Shown one piece after another: positions 43,462 through 54,208 of a DNA stretch of 64,000 bases. Source of the DNA: Clostridia bacterium. GTDB taxonomy: Bacteria > Bacillota > Clostridia > Oscillospirales > CAG-272. The stretch lies in assembly GCA_017415805.1 (NCBI GenBank), contig JAFQEC010000019.1, positions 4,814-68,813 of the forward strand, in the 5' to 3' direction. Every line of letters starts with the position of its first letter. Position 1 is the first letter of the stretch. A program made the position numbers and the translations under genes. Below the pieces are notes generated by a model. It saw only the letters and a program-made list of their open reading frames with translations. It was not told the DNA's origin and ran no database searches.

Positions 43462-45759
43462 ATGGCAAATCTGGTTATCGTGGAGTCGCCCTCGAAGGCG
43501 ACTGCCATCAAGAAGTATCTCGGCTCGAACTACAAGGTGATCGCATCCAAGGGACATGTGCGCGATCTTCCCAAGAGCACGCTCAGCGTGGATGTGGAAA
43601 ACGGCTTTGAGGCCCACTATATCAACATTCGCGGCAAGGGAGATCTGATCAAGGAGATCCGTCGCGAAGCAAAGGCCGCCAAGAAGGTCTTTCTCGCGCC
43701 CGACCCCGATCGCGAGGGCGAGGCGATCGCCTGGCATCTCGCAAATGCGCTGGGGCTTGAGCCCGAGAAAACGCTGCGCGTGACCTTCAATGAGATCACG
43801 CCCGACGTGGTGCGTGCCGCCATCAAGGAGCCCCGTGCCATTGATATGAATTTGGTGAACGCACAGCAAACGCGCCGTATCTGGGATCGCGTGGTGGGCT
43901 ATAAGCTCTCACCGTATCTCTGGAAATCGGTGAAGAACGGCCTGTCCGCGGGTCGTGTGCAATCGGTTGCCGCACGCATCATCGTCGACCGAGAGGAGGA
44001 GATCCGTGCCTTCGAGCCCGAGGAATACTGGACCATTGATGCGGCACTCGGCAACGGCGAGGGCAAGGAATTTACCGTGCGCTTTTATGGAACGGAGAAG
44101 GGGAAAAAGAAGCTCTCGAACGAGGCCGCTGCAAGAGCGATCGTAGAAGCGGTGACAGGCAAGGACTTTTGCGTGCGCAGCGTCAAGCGTGCCACCCGTC
44201 AAAAGCTCCCCGCGCCCCCCTTTACGACCTCTACCATGCAGCAGGAGGCCTCGCGCAAGCTGGGCTTTCAGTCCCAGCGCATCATGCGTGTGGCACAGGA
44301 GCTGTATGAGGGTATTCACGTCGGCACCGAGAACGGTGGCGTACAGGGTCTGATCACCTATATGCGTACCGACTCTCTGCGTGTCTCGGCTGAGGCACAG
44401 AGTGCCGCTTGCGAGCTGATCACCGCCAAGTACGGCGAGAGCTATTGCCCTGCCAAGCCGCGCGTGTACAAGGCTCGCGCCAATGCACAGGATGCACACG
44501 AGGCGATCCGCCCCTCGCACGTGGACCTGGAGCCCGCCAAAATTCATAAATATCTCACCCCCGATCAGTATAAGCTCTATAAGCTGATCTGGGAGCGCTT
44601 TGTCGCAAGCCAGATGCAGTCAGCCACCCTCAATACGCTGGCCGTTGAGCTGGAATCCGAGGGGTATTTGTTCCGCGCAGGCGGATACAGCGTGGCCTTC
44701 CCCGGCTACATGGCGGTTTATGAGGAGACCGAGGAGGAGCAGACCCGTGCCGATGCCATCGGCGAGCAGCGCGACCTGCGTATCCCCGAGCTTGCAGAGG
44801 GTGAGACCGTGGCCGTGCGTCATATCGAGCCCACCCGTCATTTCACCGAGGCACCGCCCCGCTATACCGAGGCGTCGCTGATCAAGTTTTTGGACGAAAA
44901 GGGCATCGGCCGCCCCAGCACCTATAACACCATTATCACCACCATCGTTTCGCGCAATTACGTCGTGCGTGACGGCAAGTCGCTGGTGCCCACTCCCCTC
45001 GGCGAGGTGACCACCAAGCTTATGAAGGAGAATTTCTCGGACATCGTGGACTACACCTTCACGGCACAGATGGAGGATAAGCTCGACGAGATCGAGCAGG
45101 GCGATGCCGATATGACCGCGGTGCTCGAGTCCTTCTGGCAGGGCTTTAAGGCTGAGCTGGAGCGTGCCGAGACCACCATCGGCAAGGGCGATTTTGAGAT
45201 TCCTGTTGAGGAGACCGATATCATCTGCGACAAGTGCGGTGCCAAGATGGTGGTCAAGAACGGCCGCTACGGCAAGTTTGCCGCCTGCCCGAATTACCCC
45301 ACCTGCCGCAATACCAAGCCCCTCACCGAGGAAAAAGAGGTCGAGCAGGCACAAAAGGTTGAGAAAAAGCCCCCCGTTGTGGCCGATTTCAAGTGCGAGC
45401 TCTGCGGTGCCGATATGGTACAGCGCAGTGGCCGTTACGGTACGTTCTTTGCGTGCTCGCGCTATCCTGCCTGCCGCTTTACCAAGCAAAAGACCAAGGA
45501 GCTCGACGTTCCCTGTCCCAAGTGTGGCTCTAAGGTGTTGATCAAAACGGGTCGAAATAAGACTGTTTTTTACAGCTGTGAAAAATATCCGAGCTGCGAC
45601 TTTTCCTCGTGGGATATGCCCGTGAAGGAAAGCTGCCCGCAGTGCGGCAAGCTGCTCTTCCGCAAGAAGGGCAAGGCGTTGCTGGTCTGCCACGACAAGG
45701 ATTGTGGCTACCGCCGCGAGGTCGAGGAGATCCGCGAGGAGACGGGCGAGCAGGCATGA
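43462..45759 (+). CDS. topA: DNA topoisomerase I
   Basis: TOPRIM LVIVESPSKA, catalytic-Tyr region ITYMRTDS, four C-terminal CxxC...CxxC zinc ribbons. Confidence 0.97.
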   Translation: MANLVIVESPSKATAIKKYLGSNYKVIASKGHVRDLPKSTLSVDVENGFEAHYINIRGKGDLIKEIRREAKAAKKVFLAPDPDREGEAIAWHLANALGLEPEKTLRVTFNEITPDVVRAAIKEPRAIDMNLVNAQQTRRIWDRVVGYKLSPYLWKSVKNGLSAGRVQSVAARIIVDREEEIRAFEPEEYWTIDAALGNGEGKEFTVRFYGTEKGKKKLSNEAAARAIVEAVTGKDFCVRSVKRATRQKLPAPPFTTSTMQQEASRKLGFQSQRIMRVAQELYEGIHVGTENGGVQGLITYMRTDSLRVSAEAQSAACELITAKYGESYCPAKPRVYKARANAQDAHEAIRPSHVDLEPAKIHKYLTPDQYKLYKLIWERFVASQMQSATLNTLAVELESEGYLFRAGGYSVAFPGYMAVYEETEEEQTRADAIGEQRDLRIPELAEGETVAVRHIEPTRHFTEAPPRYTEASLIKFLDEKGIGRPSTYNTIITTIVSRNYVVRDGKSLVPTPLGEVTTKLMKENFSDIVDYTFTAQMEDKLDEIEQGDADMTAVLESFWQGFKAELERAETTIGKGDFEIPVEETDIICDKCGAKMVVKNGRYGKFAACPNYPTCRNTKPLTEEKEVEQAQKVEKKPPVVADFKCELCGADMVQRSGRYGTFFACSRYPACRFTKQKTKELDVPCPKCGSKVLIKTGRNKTVFYSCEKYPSCDFSSWDMPVKESCPQCGKLLFRKKGKALLVCHDKDCGYRREVEEIREETGEQA

Positions 45760-47090
45760 GCACGCCCGTCGTACAGGTGATCGGCGCGGGGCTTGCAGGG
45801 TGCGAGGCCGCACATCAGATCGCCCTGCGCGGCGTGCGCGTGCGGCTTGTGGAAATGAAGCCCACGCAAAAAAGCCCCGCGCACCACTCCCCCAATTTTG
45901 CCGAGCTTTGCTGCTCCAATTCTTTGCGCTCCGACGCGCTCACCAACGCCGTGGGTGTGCTCAAGGAGGAGATGCGGCGGCTGGATTCGCTGATCCTTGC
46001 GGCCGCCGACGCTACGCGCGTACCTGCGGGCTCGGCGCTCGCCGTGGACCGCGACCGCTTCTCGGAGTATGTGACCGAGCGCTTGCGCGCCAATCCTCTC
46101 ATTGAGGTGGTGGAGCGCGAGGTCACCGAGATCCCCCAAGACGGGGTGAATATCATCGCAACGGGGCCTCTCACATCCGACCCGATGGCAGATGCGATCG
46201 CACGCTACACGGGCAGGGAAGGCCTGCATTTTTTCGATGCCGTTGCTCCCATTGTGGATTTTTCCACGGTCAATATGGACGTGGCGTTTTTCGCCTCTCG
46301 TTATGACAAGGGTGATGCCGATTACATCAACTGCCCCATGACGCGCGAGCAGTACGACGCCTTCTATCAGGCACTGATCACAGCCAAGGAGGCCGAGCTC
46401 AAGGAGTTCGATCGCGCCGAGCAAAAGGATTTGAAGGTCTTTGAGGGCTGCATGCCCGTTGAGGTCATGGCGCGCCGCGGCTACGATACACTGCGTTACG
46501 GACCGCTTAAGCCCGTGGGACTGATCGACCCACGTGTCGGGCATGAGTTTTTTGCCGTGGTACAGCTGCGTAAGGAAAACCGCGCGGGCACGATGTATAA
46601 TCTCGTGGGCTTTCAGACGCACCTGTCCTTCCCCGAGCAAAAGCGCGTGTTTTCGATAATCCCCGGTTTGGAGAACGCCACGTTTTTGCGCTACGGCGTG
46701 ATGCACCGCAATACGTATCTACATTCGCCCGATTTTCTTTCACCCACCTACGCCACAAAGCACTGTCCCTCGCTCTTTTTTGCGGGTCAGATGACGGGCG
46801 TAGAGGGCTATATCGAGTCGGCGGGCGCGGGCTTGGTTGCAGGTGTCAATGCGGCGCGCGTGGCGCGCGGCATGGAGTCCTTCGTGTTTCCGCGCCGCAC
46901 GCTGCTCGGTGCCATGGCGGCGTACGTCAGCGAGGGCGGTATCGGCTCGTTTGTGCCGATGAATGCCAATTTCGGCATTGTGGAGCCGCTGGAAAAGAAG
47001 GTCAAGGGTGGCAAGGCCGCCCGAAACGAGGCTCTTGGCAACCGCGCGCTCGCGGAGCTGGAGGCTGTGCTGGAAGAAATAAGGAAATAA
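45756..47090 (+). CDS. trmFO: methylenetetrahydrofolate-tRNA-(uracil-5-)-methyltransferase
   Basis: FAD motif VIGAGLAGCEAA, TrmFO/Gid core; ATGA overlap with topA. Confidence 0.95.
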   Translation: MSTPVVQVIGAGLAGCEAAHQIALRGVRVRLVEMKPTQKSPAHHSPNFAELCCSNSLRSDALTNAVGVLKEEMRRLDSLILAAADATRVPAGSALAVDRDRFSEYVTERLRANPLIEVVEREVTEIPQDGVNIIATGPLTSDPMADAIARYTGREGLHFFDAVAPIVDFSTVNMDVAFFASRYDKGDADYINCPMTREQYDAFYQALITAKEAELKEFDRAEQKDLKVFEGCMPVEVMARRGYDTLRYGPLKPVGLIDPRVGHEFFAVVQLRKENRAGTMYNLVGFQTHLSFPEQKRVFSIIPGLENATFLRYGVMHRNTYLHSPDFLSPTYATKHCPSLFFAGQMTGVEGYIESAGAGLVAGVNAARVARGMESFVFPRRTLLGAMAAYVSEGGIGSFVPMNANFGIVEPLEKKVKGGKAARNEALGNRALAELEAVLEEIRK

Positions 47091-47118
47091 CTGAGATTTT
47101 AAGAAAGGAGGAAGGACG

Positions 47119-48183
47119 GTGCGCGTAATCGTGGACGTCATGGGTGGCGACAACGCTCCCTTGGAGACCGTAAAGGGCGCAGTGCTGGCATCGAAGGCGC
47201 GAAGCGCAAGCTATATTTTAGTGGGCGACCGCGCGCAGATCGAGACCATTGCCACTGCCGAAGGGCTGGACATCAGCCGCTTTGACATCGTTCACGCCTC
47301 CGAGGTCATCACCATGGAGGACGATCCGCTCTCGGTGGTGCGAGCCAAAAAGGAATCCTCTATGAGCGTTGGATTGCGCATGCTTGCCGAGGGGAAGGGC
47401 GACGTATTCGTCAGCACGGGCAACACGGGTGCGCTTTTTACGGGCGCGACGCTGATCGTGCGCCGCGTGCGTGGTATTCAGCGTGCCGCCATCGGCTCGG
47501 TGCTCCCCGCGGCAGAGCCGTGTATTCTGTTGGACACGGGCGCGAACGTCACGGTGACCGAGGAATATTTGGAGCAGTTTGCCGTGATGGGCTCGGCCTA
47601 TATGCACAAGGTATTCGGCATTGAATCTCCCACGGTGGGGCTTCTCAATAACGGCACCGAGGATCACAAGGGCACGCCCTTGCACATCGAGGCAAACAAG
47701 CGGTTGAAGGCCTGTGAATCCATCCGTTACGTGGGGAACATAGAGGGGAATGCCGTGCCCTTCGGTGCTTGCAACGTCGTGGTGACCGACGGCTTTACGG
47801 GTAACGTGTTCGTCAAGACCATGGAGGGCGTCGGCAAGTACATCATGAAGGCCGTAAAGGGCGTGTTCGTGCAAAACGGTGTCTCCAAGCTTTCGGCACT
47901 TTTGGTACGAAAGTCCCTGAACGGTATGAAAAAGACCTTTGATCCGTCCGAGTACGGCGGCTCGCCGTTCCTTGGGATCTCAAAGCCCGTGGTCAAGGCG
48001 CACGGCTCGTCGGACGCGCACGCCTTCCAAAGTGCCATTCGCGTGGCCATCGACTACGCCGAGAGTGGCGTGATCTACGATATTGCCGAGGAGGCCGAGC
48101 GCTTTGCCGCAAGAAAGAAGGCCGAGCACGAGGCGTCGCTCGCCGCCGAGCAGAAGGAGGCCGACTATGCAGCTACCACTTGA
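47119..48183 (+). CDS. plsX: phosphate acyltransferase PlsX
   Basis: VDVMGGDNAP N-terminus, PlsX core; GTG start after GGAGGAAGG; ~25-aa charged C-terminal extension. Confidence 0.95.
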   Translation: MRVIVDVMGGDNAPLETVKGAVLASKARSASYILVGDRAQIETIATAEGLDISRFDIVHASEVITMEDDPLSVVRAKKESSMSVGLRMLAEGKGDVFVSTGNTGALFTGATLIVRRVRGIQRAAIGSVLPAAEPCILLDTGANVTVTEEYLEQFAVMGSAYMHKVFGIESPTVGLLNNGTEDHKGTPLHIEANKRLKACESIRYVGNIEGNAVPFGACNVVVTDGFTGNVFVKTMEGVGKYIMKAVKGVFVQNGVSKLSALLVRKSLNGMKKTFDPSEYGGSPFLGISKPVVKAHGSSDAHAFQSAIRVAIDYAESGVIYDIAEEAERFAARKKAEHEASLAAEQKEADYAATT

Positions 48184-48871
48184 TATGAGCGCCCTGGAGG
48201 TACGCATCTCCTACCGCTTCCGCGATCCCGCACTCCTGCGCACCGCGCTGACGCATTCCTCGTTTGCCAACGAGCAGATGGGGGGGCGCGCGGGCTGTAA
48301 CGAGCGACTGGAATTTCTGGGAGACTCGGTGCTCTCGCTCACGGTCTGTAATTTTCTCTACCGCACCTATCCCGAGTTGCCCGAGGGACGGCTGACGGTC
48401 CTTCGCAAAAACGTGGTGTGTCAGCGCGCTCTTGCCGATTATGCGATGCAGATCGGTCTTGGCAATTATCTCCTGCTCGGTCGCGGTGAGGCCAAGGACG
48501 GGCGCGAGAAGCCAAAGCTCCTGGAGGATGCCTTTGAGGCCTTGCTCGGCGCGCTGTATCTGGACAGCGGCGACCTCTCGGTCGTGGAGCACTTTTTGCT
48601 GCCCTTTGTGCGCGCGGAGCTTGCCAAGATCGAGCAAAATCTTGCACCCTTTGAGGATTATAAGACCCTTTTGCAGCAATACGTGCAGCAGACCCCGGGC
48701 GAGGAGCTCTGCTACGAGACCGTCAGCGAGCAGGGCCCCGACAACGCCAAGGTGTTCACGGTGCGCGTGCGCATCAATTCCAATGACTTTGGCGAGGGGA
48801 AGGGGAGCTCAAAGAAGGAGGCCGAGCAAAACGCCGCACGCGAGGCGCTGGGGCGATACCTGCCGCGATAA
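48167..48871 (+). CDS. rnc: ribonuclease III
   Basis: RNase III signature NERLEFLGDSVL, C-terminal dsRBD; GAAGGAGG SD inside the plsX end. Confidence 0.95.
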   Translation: MQLPLDMSALEVRISYRFRDPALLRTALTHSSFANEQMGGRAGCNERLEFLGDSVLSLTVCNFLYRTYPELPEGRLTVLRKNVVCQRALADYAMQIGLGNYLLLGRGEAKDGREKPKLLEDAFEALLGALYLDSGDLSVVEHFLLPFVRAELAKIEQNLAPFEDYKTLLQQYVQQTPGEELCYETVSEQGPDNAKVFTVRVRINSNDFGEGKGSSKKEAEQNAAREALGRYLPR

Positions 48872-48911
48872 CCCTGTTTTTTGACCCGTTTGGGCACATT
48901 TTGAGCAAAGA

Positions 48912-48955
48912 GCCGCTGCCGCACCTTCGTGCGGTGGGCGGCCTTTTCCTTTTGT
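48912..48955 (+). terminator. terminator after rnc
   Basis: Composite GC-rich hairpin (GCCGC..CCGCAC-CTTC-GTGCGG..GCGGC) followed by CTTTTCCTTTT. Confidence 0.65.
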
Positions 48956-48987
48956 GAAAAAATTACGCGCACGCGCGCGAAAAACGC

Positions 48988-49016
48988 TTGCAAATTAGAG
49001 ATAATTCTGTTATAAT
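48988..49016 (+). promoter_or_regulatory. sigma-A-type promoter for smc
   Basis: TTGCAA (48988-48993), 17 nt, TATAAT (49011-49016). Confidence 0.5.
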
Positions 49017-49058
49017 AAATTATTATATGTGAAAGACGTAGAAAGGAGGTGCAACGCC

Positions 49059-52000
49059 ATGTACTTGAAATCCATGGAGATGCAAGGGTTCAAATCCTTC
49101 CCTGACAAGACTAAGCTGTTTTTTGAGCGTGGCACCACGGTCATCGTCGGCCCGAACGGAAGCGGCAAATCCAACATTTCGGACGCGATGCGCTGGGTCC
49201 TGGGCGAGATCTCGTCCAAGAGCCTGCGCGGCACCAAGATGGAGGACATCATCTTCGGCGGTGCGGACAGCCGCCGCCCGATGGGCTTTGCCGAGGTATC
49301 GGTCACCTTTGACAACACCGATGCCGAAAATCGGTTGGACTGCCCCTATGACGAGGTCACGGTCACCCGTCGCTATTACCGCGCGGGCGAGAGCGAGTAT
49401 TTTATTAATCGCCGCGCCTGCCGACTGCGTGACGTGTATGAGCTTTTTATGAATACGGGTATCGGCCGTGACGGTTATTCGATCATCGGCCAGGGCAAGA
49501 TCGCCGAGATCATTTCGCGCAAGTCCGACGAGCGCCGCAGTATTTTTGAGGATGCCTCGGGTATTGCCAAGTACCGCCACCGCAAGACCGAGACCGAGCG
49601 CAAGCTCAAGACCACCGAGGAGAACATGACGCGCGTGAACGACGTGTTCCAGGAGGTCGAGGCACAGGTGGGCCCCTTGGAGAAGGAGGCCGAGCGCGCC
49701 AAAAAGGCGATCGAGCTGCATGAGACCAAGAAAAAGGCCGACGTTCAGCTCTGGCTCTTTGACTCCGAGCGCTTGCGCGCGGATACCGAGAAGGCCGAGG
49801 AGAGCTTTCGCAACAGCAGCTACGACCTCAAGATCGCCGAGGAGACCATCGAGAACTATAAGACCCAGAGCGACCAGCTCTTTGAGGAGTCGCAGGCCAA
49901 CAAGGCCAAGGCTGCCGACCTTTTGGAGCGCATCCGTGAGCTCACACAGGAGAACCACGACCGCGACAGTCAGTACCACGTGACCGAGACCAATATCGCC
50001 AACATGCGCGAGAAGATCGAGGGTGCGCGAGAGCGACTTTCGCGCAAGGAGGAGCAGCTCGCCGCCGAGCAGGAGACGGGTGCACGCCGCCGCGCGGAAT
50101 GGGAGGGGCACAAGGCCCGCCTGGACGAGCTGGAGGCCGCCCACACCGCAAAGGCCGAGCAGGCGCAGGCCCTCACCGACCGCGCGTTTGCGCTGGCGGG
50201 TGACGTGTCGCGCGCCTTTGCCGACATCACCGACCGTGAGGCCGAGTCCACCGAGATCCGCGTGCGGATGCAGGTGCTGGAGACCAGCAAGCAGACCGAC
50301 AGCGGCAAGAACGACGCCATGATCGCCGAGATCGCAGAATACCGTGCGGTCTCCGATCAATATGCCAAGGCGGTTGCCGAAAAGGAACGGGTGGTCGCCA
50401 ACTATCAGGCACAGATCGACGAGGCCGACGGGGTGCTTGCGGGCTTTGATGCGCGCCTTGCCACAATGAACGGCGAGCTGCACGCCCTCACCGAGCATGA
50501 GAATGAGAGCAAGCTTGAGGCCGATCTTGCGCGTCAGCGCATGGAGGCCTTCCGCGCCATGGAGGAGCATTTCGAGGGGTATAGCCACAGCGTGCGCTTC
50601 GTGATGGAGGCCTATGCAAACGGCCGTATTACCGATGCCGCGGGGCGCAAGTGCGGCCGCATCTACGGGCCGCTTTCCAAGGTCATTTCGGTCGATCAAA
50701 AGCACGTCGTTGCCATTGAAACGGCATTGGGTGTCAATCTCCAGCACATCGTGGTGGAGGACGAATCGGTGGCTAAGGCCGCGATCTACGCACTCAAAAA
50801 GGCCGAGGCAGGCCGTGCCACTTTCTTCCCCATCTCGTCCATGCGTGGGCTCACCGTCACCGCCGAGATGGAGGAGGCCGAGGAATGCCGCGGTTACCTT
50901 GGCATCGCCTCGGAGCTGGTGGATTGTGAGGATAAATTCCGTGAGGTCGTTTCCTCACTGCTCGGGCGCACCGTGGTGTTCGACAGTCTCGACAACGCCA
51001 CCGAAATGGCCCGTCGGACCAAGTTCCGCGTCAAGGTCGTCACGCTGGACGGCCAGGTCATCAACGCGGGTGGATCGTTTAGCGGCGGCTCGGTCAAGCA
51101 GCGCGCAGGTGTGCTCTCCCGTACGGGTGAGATCGCCGCGCTGAACGAAAAGCTGAAAAAATTAAATGCCGAGCTATCAGAGTGCCGCACCAAGCGTGAG
51201 GTGCTGGAAAAGCAGATCGCCACGCTTGCCGACGAGCGCGAGGACGCCGACAGCCGCCGACAGCTGCTCGCCGCGATGCAGAGCTCCGAGGCAGGCGAGC
51301 TCTCGGCCCTTCAGGCCAAGCTGGATGCCAACAACGCTCTTACCGAAAAGCTCGATGCCGATTTTGAGGCACTGGGCCGTCAGCGTGCGGGCTACGACGA
51401 GGAGCTCGCTCGCCTTGCCGAGCAGCACAAGGCCCTTGCCCGCCAGATCGAGGAGATCGGTGCGCTTCGCGCTGAGAAGGATCTTGCGCGCAACGCCGTG
51501 CTGGAGCAAAAGACCGATATCGACGCCGAGATGACCGAGCTGTACATCCGCATCAGCGGTGTGCGCAAGGATATGGAGACCGTCGAGGTCTACCGAAACG
51601 AATCGGACGCACGCGCGGATGCGATCCGTGCCGATATGGACGAGGCCAAGGTGCGCATCACCGAGCTCGAGGACGAGGTCAAGCGCAATGTCCTGCGTCA
51701 GGAGGCCAACCGCAACACCTTTGCCGAGGGCAACCGCGTTCTGCGCGAGCTCAGTGACCGCCACGCCCTCTTGCAGGAGGGGGATCTGGCCTTTGAGAAA
51801 AAGCTCTCGGAGATCAACGCCAAGCTCCATAACAAGATGGCGGAGAAGGAAAACATCTTCCGTGCGCATACCCTCAACGAAAACCGCTTGAACTCCTTGC
51901 GCGCCGAGCAGGATAAGATCGCGGCCAAGTTCTGGGAGGACTATGAGATGTCGCGCACCGATGCGCTGGCGCTGGGGTACGAGCCCATCACCGCCGAGGA

Positions 52001-52694
52001 GCGCGCCGCCGTGGCCGAGCTGCAGACCAGTTGCCGCAACCGTCTGCGCGCCATCGGCAACGTGGATCTGGACGCCGTGAATAAGTACAAGGACGTCAAG
52101 GAACGTTATGATTATATGGCAGGGCAGATCGCCGACATGACCGCCGCGCGTGACGACCTCTTGAAGATCATCCGTGAGCTTGAGGGTGAGATGAAGACCG
52201 CCTTCGTCACCACCTTTGAGCAGATCAATCAGAATTTCGACCGCACCTTTAAGGAGCTCTTTGGCGGCGGTAGCGCCGAGCTGTCGCTCAGCGACCCCGA
52301 GGACGTGCTCACCAGCGGCATCGAGATCAAGGCGGCACCCCCCGGTAAGATCATCAAGAACCTCGTGCAGCTCTCGGGCGGCGAGCAGTCCTTTATTGCG
52401 ATCGCGCTGTTCTTTGCAATTTTGCAGGTCAATCCCACGCCCTTCTTCATTCTCGACGAGATCGAGGCGGCACTGGACGAGGTCAACGTGGCGCGCTTCG
52501 CCGCATACATCAAGCGCTATTCGCTGGATACGCAGTTCATTCTGATCACGCACCGTCGCGGCACCATGGAGGCGGCCAACCGCCTGTACGGCGTGACGAT
52601 GCCCGAGCGCGGCATCTCCAAGGTGCTCACGCTGGACGTTGCGTCGATCCGCGGAAAGCAGGAAGGGGACGACTGGAATGGGATTTTTGGATAA
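49059..52694 (+). CDS. smc: chromosome segregation protein SMC
   Basis: Walker A GPNGSGKSN, long coiled coils with central hinge, signature LSGGEQS, Walker B FFILDEIEAALD. Confidence 0.97.
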   Translation: MYLKSMEMQGFKSFPDKTKLFFERGTTVIVGPNGSGKSNISDAMRWVLGEISSKSLRGTKMEDIIFGGADSRRPMGFAEVSVTFDNTDAENRLDCPYDEVTVTRRYYRAGESEYFINRRACRLRDVYELFMNTGIGRDGYSIIGQGKIAEIISRKSDERRSIFEDASGIAKYRHRKTETERKLKTTEENMTRVNDVFQEVEAQVGPLEKEAERAKKAIELHETKKKADVQLWLFDSERLRADTEKAEESFRNSSYDLKIAEETIENYKTQSDQLFEESQANKAKAADLLERIRELTQENHDRDSQYHVTETNIANMREKIEGARERLSRKEEQLAAEQETGARRRAEWEGHKARLDELEAAHTAKAEQAQALTDRAFALAGDVSRAFADITDREAESTEIRVRMQVLETSKQTDSGKNDAMIAEIAEYRAVSDQYAKAVAEKERVVANYQAQIDEADGVLAGFDARLATMNGELHALTEHENESKLEADLARQRMEAFRAMEEHFEGYSHSVRFVMEAYANGRITDAAGRKCGRIYGPLSKVISVDQKHVVAIETALGVNLQHIVVEDESVAKAAIYALKKAEAGRATFFPISSMRGLTVTAEMEEAEECRGYLGIASELVDCEDKFREVVSSLLGRTVVFDSLDNATEMARRTKFRVKVVTLDGQVINAGGSFSGGSVKQRAGVLSRTGEIAALNEKLKKLNAELSECRTKREVLEKQIATLADEREDADSRRQLLAAMQSSEAGELSALQAKLDANNALTEKLDADFEALGRQRAGYDEELARLAEQHKALARQIEEIGALRAEKDLARNAVLEQKTDIDAEMTELYIRISGVRKDMETVEVYRNESDARADAIRADMDEAKVRITELEDEVKRNVLRQEANRNTFAEGNRVLRELSDRHALLQEGDLAFEKKLSEINAKLHNKMAEKENIFRAHTLNENRLNSLRAEQDKIAAKFWEDYEMSRTDALALGYEPITAEERAAVAELQTSCRNRLRAIGNVDLDAVNKYKDVKERYDYMAGQIADMTAARDDLLKIIRELEGEMKTAFVTTFEQINQNFDRTFKELFGGGSAELSLSDPEDVLTSGIEIKAAPPGKIIKNLVQLSGGEQSFIAIALFFAILQVNPTPFFILDEIEAALDEVNVARFAAYIKRYSLDTQFILITHRRGTMEAANRLYGVTMPERGISKVLTLDVASIRGKQEGDDWNGIFG

Positions 52695-53583
52695 GCTCCG
52701 TGCGGGGCTCTCAAAAACAAAAAACGCGATCTTCGGTCGCATTGACGCGCTGCTCAAGCTCTTTGTCCGTGTAGACGAGGATCTTTTGGAGGAGCTCGAG
52801 GAGCTGCTCATCACCGCCGATGTGGGCGTGGGCACCACCGAGGAGATTTTGGACGCCTTGCGCGACGAGATCAAGGACGGGCGACTCAAGGAGCCCGAGC
52901 AGATCAAGGACTCGTTGCGCGTGATCCTCGCCGAGCTCATCGGAGAGGGCGGCGCACTTGCGCTGGATACGACTCCCTCGGTCATTTTGGTGATCGGCGT
53001 GAACGGCGCGGGCAAGACCACCTCGATCGGTAAGATCTCCAAGCGGCTCAAAAAAGCGGGCAAAAAGGTCGTGGTCGCGGCCGCGGATACCTTCCGTGCC
53101 GCCGCGATCGATCAGCTGGCCGTGTGGTGCGAGCGCGCGGGTGTGGATCTCGTGAAGCAGCAGGAGGGCTCTGACCCTGCCGCTGTGGTCTACGATGCGA
53201 TCCAGTATACCAAGAAAAAGGAGGCCGACGTGCTCATCATCGACACGGCAGGCCGCCTTCACAACAAGAAAAATCTGATGGACGAGCTGGCCAAGATCAA
53301 CCGCGTGATCGGGCGTGAGCTGCCCGAGGCCGCGCGCGAGAACTTGCTTGTGCTCGATGCCACCACGGGTCAGAACGCGATCCTACAGGCCAAGGAGTTC
53401 AGCCACGCGGCCGAGATCACGGGTCTTGTGCTCAACAAGCTCGACGGAACGGCCAAGGGCGGCATCGTGCTTTCGATCCGCCGCGAGCTGGGACTTCCCG
53501 TGAAGTTCGTGGGCGTGGGCGAGAAGATCGACGATATGCAGGAGTTTGAGGCCGAGGAATTTGTGGCCGCATTGTTTGAATGA
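52678..53583 (+). CDS. ftsY: signal recognition particle receptor FtsY
   Basis: NG domain GVNGAGKTT, DTAGR, NKLDGT; GGAAGGGGA SD; overlaps smc by 17 nt. Confidence 0.95.
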   Translation: MGFLDKLRAGLSKTKNAIFGRIDALLKLFVRVDEDLLEELEELLITADVGVGTTEEILDALRDEIKDGRLKEPEQIKDSLRVILAELIGEGGALALDTTPSVILVIGVNGAGKTTSIGKISKRLKKAGKKVVVAAADTFRAAAIDQLAVWCERAGVDLVKQQEGSDPAAVVYDAIQYTKKKEADVLIIDTAGRLHNKKNLMDELAKINRVIGRELPEAARENLLVLDATTGQNAILQAKEFSHAAEITGLVLNKLDGTAKGGIVLSIRRELGLPVKFVGVGEKIDDMQEFEAEEFVAALFE

Positions 53584-54206
53584 TGAAAAAAACGGTTATT
53601 GTACTGGCCTCGCGCAACCGCAAAAAGGTTGCCGAGCTGCAAAGATTGCTCAACCAGGAGCTGGGCGAGGTCATTGAGCTGAAGTCCTTGGACGACGTCG
53701 GCATCACCGACGAGATCGAGGAAAACGGCACCACCTTTGCCGAAAACGCACTCATCAAGGCCGAGGCCGCGGCGAAGTCGGGCTATCTTGGCCTTGGCGA
53801 CGATTCGGGCCTTGTGGTCACGGCGCTGGATATGGCACCTGGCGTGTATTCCGCGCGCTATGCGGGCGTGCACGGCGACGACGAGGCGAACAACCGCTTG
53901 CTTTTGGAAAACATGAAGGGCAAGGCCGATCGTTCGGCGGCGTTCGTTTGCGCCCTCGCCTGCGCCTTTCCCGACGGAACGGTGCCCATTCGCGCCAGCG
54001 GCGCGGTGGCGGGCGAGATCCTGTGCGCACCGCGCGGTGAGGGTGGCTTTGGCTACGATCCGCTTTTCTGGTACGATCCGCTGGGCAAGACCTTTGCCGA
54101 GCTTACACAAGATGAAAAAAACAGCATCAGCCACCGTGGCGCGGCCGTGCGGCAGTTCGCACGAAAATTCGCGCGCCGTATGGGGCTGGTCGAGGATGAG
54201 GATTGA
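53580..54206 (+). CDS. rdgB: dITP/XTP pyrophosphatase (RdgB/HAM1 family)
   Basis: Ham1 motifs ASRNRKKVAEL, GDDSGL, GFGYDPLF, SHRG; ATGA overlap with ftsY. Confidence 0.9.
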   Translation: MMKKTVIVLASRNRKKVAELQRLLNQELGEVIELKSLDDVGITDEIEENGTTFAENALIKAEAAAKSGYLGLGDDSGLVVTALDMAPGVYSARYAGVHGDDEANNRLLLENMKGKADRSAAFVCALACAFPDGTVPIRASGAVAGEILCAPRGEGGFGYDPLFWYDPLGKTFAELTQDEKNSISHRGAAVRQFARKFARRMGLVEDED

Positions 54207-54208
54207 AT

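Noticed and set aside
44620-46706. 397-aa and 332-aa minus-strand ORFs
   Set aside because: They are antisense to topA and trmFO. They have no SD and show antisense-type composition.
49023-53063. 574-aa and 628-aa minus-strand ORFs (49023-50747, 51177-53063)
   Set aside because: They are antisense to smc and ftsY, which carry unambiguous Walker and signature motifs. This is a GC-rich antisense artefact.
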